Part shown: positions 33,251-47,400 of the stretch, in pieces
Numbering within the stretch: position 1 is the first letter of the stretch
How the letters are laid out: the number at the start of each line of letters is the position of its first letter
NCBI GenBank assembly: GCA_964016885.1
Contig: OZ024740.1
Coordinates: 44,144,001-44,208,000, forward strand
Direction: 5' to 3'
Length of the DNA: 64,000 nt
From: Eledone cirrhosa
Taxonomy: Eukaryota
Notes under the pieces: generated by a model
Database searches by the model: none
What the model saw: only the letters and a program-made list of their open reading frames with translations
Told to the model about the DNA's origin: nothing
Made by a program: the position numbers and the translations under genes

Positions 33251-34269
33251 ATAAATAGTTTCATGGAGTGATTTATAGAATTTGTTCGTCTTTCTTACAT
33301 GTATTTCTAGTATATCTTTTATTTCCATTTTCACTTTATAGGCTGCCAACTTCTGTCTCCTCAATATCTGTATCCGGTTTCTTAATCTTCTTGCTTTATT
33401 CTTTCATCTGCAGGAAGTTTGATTCCTCCTATTTCTTTATAATCTCTACCCTTTTTAAGAGAGATGGGTTGGCAGAATCGGGAGAGCTTCGAATAAAATA
33501 CCATTGCGATATTTGTTCTGGCTCTTTACGTTCTCAGTTCAATTCTCGCAGAAGGCAACATGATTGATCATGATTGCGTTGTTAATAAAATAAAGTACTT
33601 TTCAAGTACTGTGGTTGATTTAATCAACTGGGCCCAGCCTCAACGTTTCGGTCTTGTAGCTAAATTAGAAATCAATATCATCACCAATTTATGCTAATCA
33701 TTTATGCAAACTACGGTTTGTAGGTAAAATTCGGCACGCTGTTCATCTGGCACATAGACTTCATAGAATATGTGGTGTTGCACTCACAAACAATTGTCTT
33801 CCTTATCAGTCGTTGATTTTCGACGCCTTGATGCATTTAGTGAAGAACCCAGATTTTGCTGCTCGTCAGGCTGAAGAGCTCAAAACGTCTTAGTATCGGT
33901 CGCTCTCCGATAGGTTTGTGGTGTAAAGCTGTGGTAGTGGAGACTTCCAGCATTCTTGGATACCGGACAACATCCCTATTCACTACTATTGGAGTGGCGT
34001 TGGAAACTCGCAGAAATGACCCCGCGAGTTTACGTGGCTGTTCTATTGCGCCTCCCTCTCCATCATCCGTATTCTCCATTCTGTCAGCTAGGACTACAAG
34101 ACAGTCTAACACTTAAATATATTCCTCCCTATTTACCCCGTGTTTCTGCTTGTCTAACCGTTATTAACAGTCTATATATCTATCTATAAAATTCACTATC
34201 CTCCACAAAAGTCATATTTTTGTACTGTCCTCGAATAAAACAATGATTTATATTAATACGAAAAAGTGT

Positions 34270-34393
34270 GAAATTTCTTCACGAGGGAAATTTCTTCACT
34301 AGAGAAATTTCTTCACGAGGGAAATTTCTTCACTGGGGAAATTTCTTCACGAGGGAAATTTTTTCACGAGGGAAATTTCTTCACGGGGGAAAT
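34270..34393. repeat. 17-bp minisatellite (GAAATTTCTTCACGAGG) x7
   Basis: Seven contiguous units with no spacers. Confidence 0.92.
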
Positions 34394-34744
34394 AAAAAGA
34401 TTTAAAACAGTAAATGTCTTCACCTTCCGAAATGAATGGGAAAGAGACGATTAACAGAATCTCGTATGCTGTCGTGGTATAATCTATAAAACAAGATAAA
34501 GTATGATAGCCAGCACCATAAGTTTTCTTTGTAACAACTGTTTTATGTAAGTGGAAAGTAAATGCTAGAAGTAAATGTTTAGTGGTCCGCAATTGCCAGC
34601 GCCTATTCACTGAGAAACAATATTTCTTTGTCCTTTGGAAAAAGCAGGTAAACTGGTTGGTGTAACATTTTCATAGAAGTTTAAATGAAAATAAGTACAT
34701 AAAAATGAGAGATATTGTATATTTATGTACTCATTTCAGCGAAG

Positions 34745-35060
34745 GTGCGTCACTTAGTGGTTAAAGCGTTGTGTCAACAATCGTGAGGCTTTGAGTTCGA
34801 TTCCCGGACTGGGTGATATTTTGTGCCATTGAGCAAGACACTTTATTTCCCGATGTTCCAATTCACTCAGATCGAAAACATTAGTTGCGACGTCACTGGT
34901 GCCAATCTGTATCGGCCTTTAACTTGTACAACATCGGTGTCGTGGAGATAGGAAACTGGTGTGATGAGTGATTGCTGGGCTTACACAAAAACGCCTTGCT
35001 CAGGATTGTATTTTGGGGTGGAAACTTCTAGGTGCAGCCCTATTGTGATTTGTGACCAAA
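34745..35060 (+). mobile_element. Diverged SINE, family B-like
   Basis: CTTAGTGGTTAAAGCG...GAGTTCGATTCCCGG...TTGAGCAAGACACTTTATTTC. Confidence 0.65.
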
Positions 35061-35445
35061 GGCAGCCTACCGTTAATACATTTATTTACTCAATTTTATG
35101 TACTATTTTATTTTATTTTTTTACCATAACTTTAATTCTCATCAACTTTTCTTAGTTCATTTATTAGCTTCATTTCTTTGTATTTTCATAACTTAAACTT
35201 CAATTTTTACATCACATTATTGTCTGATTATATAACTTTCTCATACTACTGTTATACTCTCTCAAACGTTCAATATTTTTCTTTTCACTTTATTCTTACT
35301 TTCTCTCTCTTTATTAACTCTCTTCCCCTTATCTTTTTGCATTTTATCATGTTATATAAATTTACCCTTTATTTGGCTTCGCCATCTCTTGTAAATATGT
35401 CTATTTGTCCACTGCAGCAAAATACATAAGACCGCTACACATTCC

Positions 35446-35447
<2 letters not shown>

Positions 35448-35541
<94 letters not shown>

Positions 35542-35554
35542 CTATTTGCCTGTT

Positions 35555-35621
<67 letters not shown>

Positions 35622-35630
35622 GTCTATCGA
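35448..35630. repeat. (CT)n/(CTAT)n compound microsatellite
   Basis: Visible runs. Confidence 0.9.
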
Positions 35631-37599
35631 TCCCCAATCTGCATAAATGCCACGACGGAAAATGATAAAAATTAACTCTAAATTTCATGTATGTAAAGAA
35701 CATTAGAAGATTAAATATTTTGTAAATAAAAACAACAAATAAACAGCCAAGCTATTGTAATGTAAAGTAATACAATATACAAAACGAAGCATTCATTTCA
35801 ATCTTTTTATCTAAGAGTTGAGCTACTTCATGAGAAATACAAAAATTTGAAACAGAGTATCTTATGACAACAGTTGTTTCATTCGTTTTTCAGTAGGATA
35901 AATGTTAATAAAACTGTAATAAAAATGTATGAAGATTTGAAACAGAGTATTTTATCACAATAGTTACAACTAAATCTAGTCTCAGAGTAGGTTGGGTGAT
36001 TCAACGAAAAGAAAATATACGACCTGAGAGCACTAAGAAACACCTGCTGTTTTGGTTATCAATGGTGAAAACTATTTATATTATTCTACGTCAACTGCTT
36101 ATAATAAACAAACATTAGAGTAATTTTTTTAAATATCTGTTTCTATATCCTTGTATGATAATACCATCATATTTTATTCGCCTTGGTCCGTAAGACATAA
36201 AACATTTCCTACATGGATCGTTTCCAAAAACATTTGCTGATGGCTATGTTAAATCATTGCTTTTGTCGAATGAAAATGTTGGCACATTTCAATCTAATTT
36301 TATTCTCTTATCTAGTGTTTGGAATGTTCTTTATAGTGACTTCCTAAAGGAGAATGTGTCAATTTACTTACATGTTTTATAAAATTTACAAACATGAAGA
36401 TCTGAGTTAAAATCGATATCTCAATTGGTGAAATATTTTTGATAAACTATACTGAGTGACTCAAATTTAAGCTGTGAATTAGAATATTATTTATTTAAAG
36501 TTAAATTATAAAAGGACTACTCCGATATAGGTCTTCCTTTCCTTTATTAGTTAGAATCGTTGTGCTATGACCATATTATAGTGATGTCCTAGAAATATAG
36601 TGAAGCCATATTTAAAACAAAGACGTCTGTTTATATCGATGTTGATTCAGAAAATCTGGTATCAATAACGTGTGCTTTATGTTTCTATTTTAAAACTATC
36701 TAGTGGCTTAATGGAGAAATTGAATTACATTTTGTATGCAGTTATGTTTATTTACTTCTCAAGTAGTGAGTAATGCAAATAATCCATATAAAGCAAAAAC
36801 ATATAAACTAAAATAACATACATTTTTCGTTTCCAGCTATTATAAATGTTACAATCAAGTAGTATATTTCAATTTCAAAGTATTTATCTTTTTTCCCTTT
36901 TATTTCACCGATACTTTTTCAGGTTAAAAATCTTCCTTACCTTACATGTACATGGGTTTCAGTTTTATTTTTATATGTACTCTATATTCATGTTAAAAAG
37001 TTAATAATGACAATATTATTAATAAAATTTCAATTTTCTGAATGGAGTTTTGGAGTATCCAAATAATATTCTGAAAGTAAAAGAAAAATATTTACATTGC
37101 ATGATACACTGTTCAAGCAATATGATACAAATTTCTTTTTGTAAGAGACTTCTCTAAATATTGATTATTTTTTTTTGCCAGTAAATCCTTGACTATCGGA
37201 ATGAAGCCACACTTGAGAATATTGTAAATAAACGGACGAGACTAGAACGCCGTGGAATATCTATCCATTAAATATGGTACGATTAAGACAAACAGCCATA
37301 TATGGAAGCCCTTCAACATACTCATACTGTATTGTAACGTCATTTAAAGAAGTAGATATTATACATTATACATAAGACAAATTTCGTATATATTTAACAA
37401 AAGTTTAAACATGAAATAAGTCAAAACCTATTTCAAATTATAAACGTTGAAACATTGCTTCCACGAGGGAAGATGAACAAAATATATACTGTCTATATAA
37501 AGATGGTGTCTATATTGAGGTGAATATGATTTGACTGACATGCAAACAACGTATGTTGTCTAACATCGTAATAAATAACTATTATATATATATATATAT

Positions 37600-37800
37600 A
37601 GTTTTGCGAGGTTTTTGATATGAAATCGTGTGTCGAAACAAATATTGTTATACTTGGGGAGGGTCATATTTGTGTCATAATATTGCCAGAATTAATAACA
37701 GAACACACTCACTGTTTGGTTGGTTTTCGCTTCTGTATCTTTTATATCAGTTAATTTAATTTATTCGGTCCTCAATGTTACCATTGACTGACCAACGGTC
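37600..37800 (+). mobile_element. Penelope pLTR tail abutting (TA)n
   Basis: CGTGTGTCGAAAC.AATATTGTTATACTTGGGGAGGGTCAT homologous to 6617-6658. Confidence 0.65.
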
Positions 37801-39059
37801 AAAAATACAGATATAATATAGACACAAACACATATATATAGTCTAACAAAGTTCTTTCGTTGCACATCTGCAACATCGTCAGTGGTGCTATTATGTTTCC
37901 TCCTGTTGTATTGTATGCCTACCACCATCTTTATTTAGTCTGTTTCTTTCTTTCTTTCTTTATTTATTTATTTATTTATTTTTGTCTTCTTCTCTGCGCA
38001 TGCATCTGCGTGTGTGTATAGTCTTTGATTGTGTTATATATATATATATATATATATATACATGGGAGAGCGTACGCGCGCGCGCGCGTGTTTGTCTGTG
38101 TGTGAGTGCTCGTGTGTGTTTGTGTAAAACATAAACAGAAATAACAAAGCAGTGACACACTACAATGAAGAAATATATTAGTTAAATGCAAGAAATAATA
38201 GATAAAGAGTGAGAAGTGGAGGGAACGGAAACTAAATTGAGAAAATAGATACGCGCGCGTATTCAGTCAGCTATTTTAGATATATATTAAGGCCCCCATC
38301 GGTCACCATTGACTATCGTTATGCACCTAAAAGATTCACACCGATGAAAAAGCCTGGGCAAGGTTTGTTTCTGGAAGATCAGCAGTCGCCCATGCATACA
38401 AATCTCAACTCTCCATACCACCGATGTTGTCCAAGGGAAAAGCAGTTGCCGATACAGCTTGGCATCAACATTTTATTTTTTTCCCCTCCTCCTGTCCTGA
38501 TGTGACAATCTTAATGTCAGTGGTATCTGACTAGCTAGCCTGCAGGCTATTTCTGCAACAAGTCTCACAGCCATATCTTCATCCTGGTATCGGTTGCTGT
38601 TCAAATATTGGACTATGCTTTTTGTTATGTCAACTCATTTCTACAGCCGAGTAAACTGGAGCAACCTAAAATAGAGTGTCTTGCTCAATGATTCAACGCA
38701 TCACCCGGTCCGAGAATCGAACTCAAATTACTTATATTACACTCTCTCTAGCTCTACACCTCCATACTGACGTGAACCTAAACATCGTGTGCTGATCTGG
38801 GTGAACCTATATTAACTTGGCATTACACTCCCTGGATATATATATGTGTGTGTGTGTGTGTGGCGTGGAGTAAGGCATCCAGCCATAACAATGCATGCCA
38901 AAATAGAGCGTGTCACCTGTCTAGTCTCAGAACCAGACAATCCTTCAAAGCCATCCCAGTATGGTAAACAGACGTGAGACGGTGATGATGGGTATCCTGA
39001 TATGGCTCATCTAGGTTGTATCAGTGTTAATCGCCAACACACTATATCGGACATAACGT

Positions 39060-40660
39060 TTGGCGCCCCTGATGTCTCAATAAATGAAATTAAACCTAAT
39101 TCAGCAGTAGGCCCCGATAGGATCCTTGCTTGTATCCTGAAGGTGTGTCGAAACCAACTTGCATCTCCTCTTGCTAATATATGGGGGAACTCACTGGATG
39201 CTGGCTATATACCTGAAAACTTTCTGTTGTCGCAGTGAATTACCATCCGATCTCATTCACCTCTCATGTCATTAAGTTATTTGAGAGGTGGTGAAATCAC
39301 AAATGACTCACTTTCTTGAAAGCAGCAATCTGTTGAAATCCAACCGACATGGGTTCCGTAATGGAAGGGACGGCCTAACGCAGTTCCTGCATCAATTTGA
39401 TGACATTGTAAGAACTTTGGGAGAGGGCTCCAACACTGATGTCATCTAACTTGATTTCTGTAAGGCCTTTGACAGTGTTGATCAGTGTTGGTTACAACAT
39501 TCTACTAAAAGAAACTATCCAACATTGGTGTCTCTGGAAAGTTACTACAATGGATCGAGTGTTTCCTGGCAAACAGAGCCCAACATGTTGTAGCCGAAGG
39601 AGTACAATCAAGCCCAGCCAAATTCAGTAGTGGTGGTCCACAAGGCACTGTGTTCACATCATTTTATTATCTATATAAATGATGTTACTGACGTCATCAA
39701 GCACAGCAACATAACAATCTTTGCGGATGGTTCCAAGCTCCAGGTCATCGATGGAATGGGAGACCGGACATACCTTCAATCAGATCTACTTGCTGTTATC
39801 CAATGGACAGAAAAGAACAGTATGCTGCTAAATGAGGATAAATTTGAATTGATTCACTTTGAAAAAGAGGATGCACTGAAACTCCCATATTACACCCCTT
39901 CAGGTGAAACTCTCGTGGCATCCAACAACGTCAGAGAGTTGGAAGTAATTGTTGATAACAACATAAACTGGGCCACTCATATAAACAGAAAAGTTGACAT
40001 GGCCCGCAGAATGTGTTCCTGGATTTTCAGAACTTTCCGGTTGAGAGATATCCACACCATTATCATTATCTTATCTACTTTTTCCCGACCCCACCTTGAA
40101 TATTGTTGTCATCTGTAGTCTCCCAACACGAAACAAAGTATTATGAAAATTAAAGCACGTCAAAGGTCAATCACAAAAAGATAGATGGCATTGGAGTCGG
40201 CTAAAATAGCTAAAACTCTACTCTCTCCAACGCCACCATGAGTGCTACATTATCTGCGTGATGGAGAAAATGTTCCATCAGCATTACCCAAATGATGTTG
40301 GCATCATCTTTAAAGTACACCTAAGGCTATCCGCTCACAATAAAATTCAAACTTGCATCTCATATCAACATTACAACACAATTATTTCACCTCAATTGGT
40401 TCCGCACTCTTTAACATTACACAAAAACACATTAAATCAGAAACAGTTTCCATAAAATTCAAAACGTCTTTGAATCCAAGAAATCCCAGATAAACATCCT
40501 ACACCTGGATAAGTCTTTGTAAATAATAACTCTATACTTGAGTGGGCCATGCTGTCCTGATCCTGATTTGAAATACTTCGAGGTGGAGCTATTAAGTTTG
40601 ACACGGCCTGGGCTAATATTGGCCGAAACCTAACAAAGTTATCAAAGTTATCAAAGTTAT
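39060..40660 (+). mobile_element. Decayed CR1/L2-type LINE RT and 3' end with an (AAAGTTATC)n tail
   Basis: KPNSAVGPDRI..LKVCRNQLASPL, IFADGSKL, RPHLEYC; tandem 9-bp tail at 40634-40660. Confidence 0.85.
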
Positions 40661-40676
40661 ATATATATATTTATGT

Positions 40677-40946
40677 ATTGGCAGTATCAGTAGAGGGTCG
40701 GACGCCATGCTTTCCAGCATAGTTACGTCCCTTTACGATCTGAGTTCAAATCCCGCCGAGGTTGACTTTGCCTTTCATCCTTACGGGGTCGATAAAATAA
40801 AGTACCAGTAATGCACTGGGTAATTGCTGGCCTTGTGCCTAAAGTAGAAACAATTATACCCTTTCATCCTTACAGGGTCGATAAAATAAAGTACCAGTAA
40901 TGCACTGGGTAATTGCTGGCCTTGTGCCTAAAGTAGAAAGAATTAT
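40677..40946 (+). mobile_element. SINE family A with duplicated 3' half
   Basis: Full copy 40677-40857 followed by a second CCTTTCATCCTTAC...GTAGAAA.AATTAT block. Confidence 0.88.
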
Positions 40947-41404
40947 TGTTTTTATTGTCTGCTAGACACAGTTGAGTGATCAACTATGTCCATCTAACAT
41001 AAGTAATATTTCAGTTCTGGTGATAACAACATGCATACATAACTCTAGATTGGAATTCAAATAATCATTACAATATTATGTTGCTGTTTTTCAAGATTTG
41101 TTTAAGTATAAGTATCATAAGAGTTGAGTATTCTATATATATATATCTAAAACTAATAAGAAACGAAATCAAGAAGGGATTAGATGTATAAAAATATGTT
41201 TCGTACTACGATATATTCTTATAAATAACAGAAATGCTGTATAACGATATGATTATATCTTAGACAAAAGGGTTCTAAATGTATCAGAGCTTTAGGAAAG
41301 TCATTAAGTCATTGTAATATGTATAATAGTTTTTCCTCTCTCTCTCTCGCTGCATATATACATATCTATCTATCTATTTATCTATCTATTTCTATATCTT
41401 TATC

Positions 41405-41600
<196 letters not shown>

Positions 41601-41854
41601 GTATGCGGGGTGCTGAAACCGAGGAGAGCACTAATCATGTGAGTACTCGATACATGGGGAGATGTAGAATGTGTATAGAGATTTGTTAAAACCGCATGGC
41701 GCCTCGCTCGGGATTTTAGACATCTCTGTAATATATATATATATATATATATAATATATATATATATACATATATAAGTTAAAACAGAAAACAATATCAA
41801 TAACGAAGAGTGCAGTACAAAGTGTTAATATTAGGTTCACGATGAGAGTAGGAG

Positions 41855-41895
41855 TGAGGGACGTGGTTTCGGGCATAAGCCCGTCATCAGGAGAA
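41855..41895 (-). ncRNA. Hammerhead-like core without canonical stem I
   Basis: Minus strand: CTGATGA-c-gggc(ttat)gccc-GAAA-ccacg-TC; the flanks do not pair. Confidence 0.45.
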
Positions 41896-42073
41896 AAAAT
41901 GAGGAAGAAAAGAGTTCCGGGACTGAGAGGGGGAGTGGAGGAAAGACATTAAAATGTGGGGAGGGATTAAAGGGAACGAAAAAAATTAAAAAGATGGTAA
42001 AAATAAATATATATATATATATATATACAATATATTAATAAATGGAAACTATATTTATAAAACCATATTTATA

Positions 42074-42131
42074 TTATTATACATATTTCAAGAGCAACCA
42101 AGGGAAATTATGGTGCGCTTTCATCAGATAA
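42074..42131 (-). ncRNA. Type-I hammerhead ribozyme
   Basis: Minus strand: ttat-CTGATGA-aagcgcacca(taatttccct)tggttgctctt-GAAA-tatgta-TA-ataa; between (TA)n tracts. Confidence 0.72.
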
Positions 42132-42177
42132 AATAATTTTCCTTGTTGAATCCCAACAAATGAAATATAATCTCTGC

Positions 42178-42345
<168 letters not shown>

Positions 42346-42861
42346 TTGTGTGTTATATCAGAAAGAGTTGGGACCCGCAGTATGAGCTCCTGTCGTTTCA
42401 ACAGCTAGTTCCAGGCTCATATATATCGAAAGGACTCATATATATCAAAGTGACTACGTCGGGATATGAAGTCAGGGAGCTGGGAGCTGGAACCCATACC
42501 AACGCCCCTAACAAACATGCAAATTCACTACCTTTACAACATATAATTTGTATAATATATTCGAAAATTTAATGGCAACTACAAATTTTCCCCAATTGTA
42601 AACAAACCAATGTTAAAAGTAATGAAAAGATAGAAGCTCAGCCGATGCTTCAGGGAGAAAAACTGTGTTTGCTTTTTAATGGTAGCAAGAAAGTTTCAGC
42701 ATTTATCAATGTTCAATGTCGGTTGAATCTACTAGAAACAGGTTTTGTATTTACACAGACACAGATGTTACTGAAGATTGCAAAATTTTCCATATAACTT
42801 TATTTGAAATAGTAAATTGCTTTGAGGTAATATTTACGCTGAGTAAATATATATATGTATA

Positions 42862-42930
<69 letters not shown>

Positions 42931-43381
42931 TTGTGAATCTATGCCCCTGACTAGAGAGCCAGGTATTCCGCGTTTAACCGCATTTTATATATATACTTAA
43001 AATAACCTCTTTCTATCATCGAAATATAAAGGGCTTCGAGTGTTTTGCTATAAAAAATCTTAAGGTTTCCTCCGCCAAAACACTGTAATTTAATGTACTT
43101 TTCCTTTAACTTGAAGACTGAAATATCTAAAGTATGTCTCAATCCTAGAAGCTCATCAGACAGGTACTTATCCCAGTTTCATTGGCATTAGGTAAATAGG
43201 AGTATACGACTCTCTCTTAGGCAGACGCCAGTTTATCGTAGGGTTAAACTCCGTAACCCCCTAGATATTGCTGTTACTCATTTTCAGCTGAGTATATTGG
43301 AGTGTTTTGCTCAAGATCATCTGTAAAAAGCATCGAGTGCATCGGCCTACCTCATACGGACGCTTTAAGCATCCCACACCA

Positions 43382-43429
<48 letters not shown>

Positions 43430-44414
43430 GAACCTTTCCACCATAATCTTATTAAAAACCTACGTTAAGTTAAGTTATGCTCAAATATTAGTTTAATAAA
43501 TATTAGGGTTTTTAAATTATTGGAAATCAGAAACAGTGTCTTTCCTTAGAAATGTGGTAACAAAAGTGTTAAACCAGAATGTAGATAATAGCAAAAGATG
43601 TATTTTATCCAGTTTATTATATAAATTAAAATGAAGGAAATTGCAAGATGTCACTTGAATATTTGTGGCGCGATGTTAAAATATTGATAACAGGAAATTG
43701 AAAACTGAAAAACTATGTGTAAAAAGTAATAATTTGGACAGTAGGATTTGGTTTCTATATTTTTATAATTTAAATTCTTTGCTATTTTCATACATGATCA
43801 TACATGATGTGGGATTTCAATTTTTATTGTATATTTTCAGTTAATAATTAATTAGCAAAATTATAATTAATAATTAATTAAAGCAACTTGAGAATCCACT
43901 ATTAATATAATACGATACGAAAAGCAAATATATTGACAAAAATTCTGTATATAAATCTCTAGAAGCCAACAGGGGTGATAATCAAAATTAACATATTATC
44001 ATTTCTGTAATAAGCATGTAACATACGCATGGTATAGTGTTTAGAGTGTTGGTCTCCTAATCGCAAAATCGTAGGTTTGACACCCGGACTGGCACTACAT
44101 TTGACTCTATTTTATGTGCACGTAGCTGAGCATTCTACAGGCACGTATACCTCTACTGCAATCCCTAGAAAATTCAGTGAGACACAGTGTATGACAAGTC
44201 TGGCCTTTTGAATTACAATTACAATTCATTTATGCCAGTTGCGTGGAATGGAACAACGTGAAATATAGTGCCCTGCTCAAAGAGAACATGCACCGCCGTG
44301 AATCTAACTCACGACCTTACGTTCGTAAGCCTTCATATCGAGCTCCATATCGCATAAGGTAGAGTGTCAACAAGATAAAACTGCGGCATTGTTTCATTTC
44401 CCGGTTAATGTCAA

Positions 44415-47400
44415 TCTATTTATTAATTTCAAGAACGTCATTATTCCGTGTGTCATAATTCTCGATTATCATTGGTTCATAGGTTTCAAACGACTCCGCC
44501 CACCTCAACGACGCCAAACTGAAATTAATATGCATAATGCCAATGAGTGAGTGAGAGGGGAGAGTGTGAACGCTGTGTTCAATAACTATTAACATGTGGG
44601 CGTGTGTATGTACTTGCGCGTATGTTTATGTGTGTGCGTGCGTGCAGCGTTCCACAGAAAGTAAAAACTATCAACATGTGTGAGTGTGTGCGTGTGTAAG
44701 TTTGCGTGCGTGTGCGCGTTTCCATGCGTGTATGTGTGTGGCGTTCCACAATCGCCACGCAGTTTATTTGTCTGTGTGCCTGTCTGTCAGTCTAACATAC
44801 ACAGAGTTGTGAAGGGAGTAAATAGGGACCTTTTTTTACATTGCCGAACATCTCTTATATTTATTATTGTGTCATTTTTTGACAATTGCTCGAAATGAAT
44901 ACTGATAATAAAAGCAATTCGACTTTATCAAACAATGAACTACAGCGGCGACGGCGTGCAGCCAGCAATGAAGAAAAACGGGCCGAACAGCGCCAGCGGA
45001 ACGCTGAACTTCAGAGGCGAAGACGTGTCGACATGAATGAAGAGGAGCTGGCTGAACAACGCCAACGAAACACTGGAACCTATCAGCGACGGCGTACTGT
45101 GATGGTTGAAGACCAACTGGCTGAGCATCATCAGCAGATGGCCAGAATTCAGCAGCAACGGCGTGCTGCGATGGATGACGAGGAGCTGGCTGAACAGCGC
45201 CAGCGCAATACAGAAGTTCAATGGCAACCGTGTCATTTTCAGATTGGTGGACGAGCAGAGTGTTCACATTGTGGAGCATTGCTTTGGAGGCACGAAAAGA
45301 CGTGGACCACAATGTGCTGTCATGAAGGAGCAGTTCGACTAGAACCCTTGCGAATGCCCGATGATGAGGAGTCACCGGAGTTTAAAATACTAAGTATGTG
45401 GGGTGATCAAGGAGACCGAGGTAGAATACTGCGCAAATATTCGCGGTAAATTAACATTAGCTTTAGCATCGCAGAGAGTTAGTGAGATGTCTTATAGTGG
45501 AGCATGGCAACCGAGTGTAGTCATTCAAGACGGTTTGTATCATTGTATCGGTAATTTAGAAGTTACCACAGTAGAGAGGCCTCGATTCGCTCAAATTTAC
45601 GTTAACAATCCAGATTATAGTGAATCGGAGGAGGATATCAGGATCGGTTGGATGAAGTTGTCGGGAAATATAACTGAACTTGAACGGCAAAGGTTAAGTG
45701 ATTTGATCCGTGATTTGCAATCATGGCTTAGACAGTGTAATCCTTATGTTATGGATTTCATGTTGGTGGCTAAACTGCAAAATGTTCAGCAGCAATCATT
45801 GGTGATTAAGGCTGACGCAGTGCCAAGGAATCAACACGAACGGCGATATAATGCCCCTGAAGGATTTCGTGAAGCAGCTGTGTTGATAGACGATAAGCCT
45901 GGATCGAGAGATATCGTCCTCAATCGCAGATATGGTGGTCTTAAGACTATCAATGAGCCAAATAGGGCATACGATCAATTGCATTATGTTCTTTTATTCC
46001 CAAAAGGTGAAAATGGATGGAACATGTCTGTTCATTTAGATGATCATGAGAATCAGCATCAACAGGGAGGCGGCAATAGACACAATAATTCGATTCGCGA
46101 CTTTTACGAGAGCAATCAACAGAGAAATGCACTATTTCAAGCCAGCAGATTGTTCCAGGAATACTGTTGTATGGCATTCGCAAAGATCGAAAATCAAAGG
46201 CTAAATTATATAGCTACACATCAGCAACATATCAGAGCTGAATTGTATAATAATATACAGGATGCGATAACAGCCGATGATGCCAATTACAAGCAAATTG
46301 GTCGACGCATCATTTTGCCTTCGTCGTTCATCGGCGGCCCGAGATATATGAACATTCGCTATCAGGATGCAATGGCTATTGTCAGAAAGTTTGGAAAGCC
46401 AGATTTGTTTATAACGGTTACATGCAATCCTGAATGGACTGATATTTAGGATGCACTTTTGCCAGGACAACAGCAAAAGGACCGTCTTGATATTGTGGCA
46501 AGAGTATTCAAAGGATATCTGAAAAAGATAATGGATGATGTGGAAAAAGATGGAATCTTTGGAGGTATAGTTGCTTTTACATACGTAATTGAATTCCAAA
46601 AAAGAGGATTGCCACATGCACATTTGCTGATCATTTTACATAGCGATTGCAAATTGAGATGTGCTGATGATGTCGACAGCATTGTGTGTGCTGAACTGCG
46701 GAGAATGAGGCACTATGCAACTTGGTGGCAAAGTTAATGGTGCACAATCAATGCGGAGTGGCAAATCGGAAAACGCCTTGCATGAAAAATGGCCTAAGCA
46801 GTAAGCACTTTCCGAAATCTTTTGTCACGAACACTTCCTGGAACGATGGGGATGCTCATCCCTTATACAGAAGACGGTCGCCTGCCGATGGCGGTTTGGT
46901 CGAAAATGTAAACGGTCGACAGGTTACAAATCAATGTTTGATTATGAAATATCGTTGTCATATTAATGTGGAAACTTGTAGCTCAGTGAAAGCTTGCAAA
47001 ATCTATTCAAATATGTTTACAAAGGTCATGATCGGGCAATGATCAATGTGAGGAATGAGGAAGCGAACCAAGGAGATGAAGTTGGCAGGTTCCAGGATGT
47101 TCGCTCGATTGGATCTAGCGAAGCTTGCTGGAGATTGTTCGATTTTTATCTCAATAAACGCAAACCCAGCGTTCAGAAACTGACGATTCACTTGGAGAAT
47201 AGGCAAATGGTCTGTTTTCAGGACACTAGAAGAGGTGTCGAAAGAATTGCTAACGCACCACATCCTAAGACGGAATTGACTGAGTCGTTCAAGCATAATA
47301 GGGAACATGATTTGAACCCGGATCAAAGGCAACTCTACTGCGATTTCCCTTCGCACTATACGTGGGATAAGAAGGGGAAAAAATGGAATGATAGGAAACA

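Noticed and set aside
33838-33895. Hammerhead-like GTGAAGA...CAAAACGTC in a PLE-like stretch
   Set aside because: Both core halves are mutated; not supportable without a family consensus
34270-34393. CRISPR-like array
   Set aside because: Contiguous 17-bp units with no unique spacers, no cas genes, eukaryotic context
35700-37560. Unique AT-rich region as a possible gene or regulatory region
   Set aside because: No ORF, convincing splice pattern or motif that I can support from sequence alone
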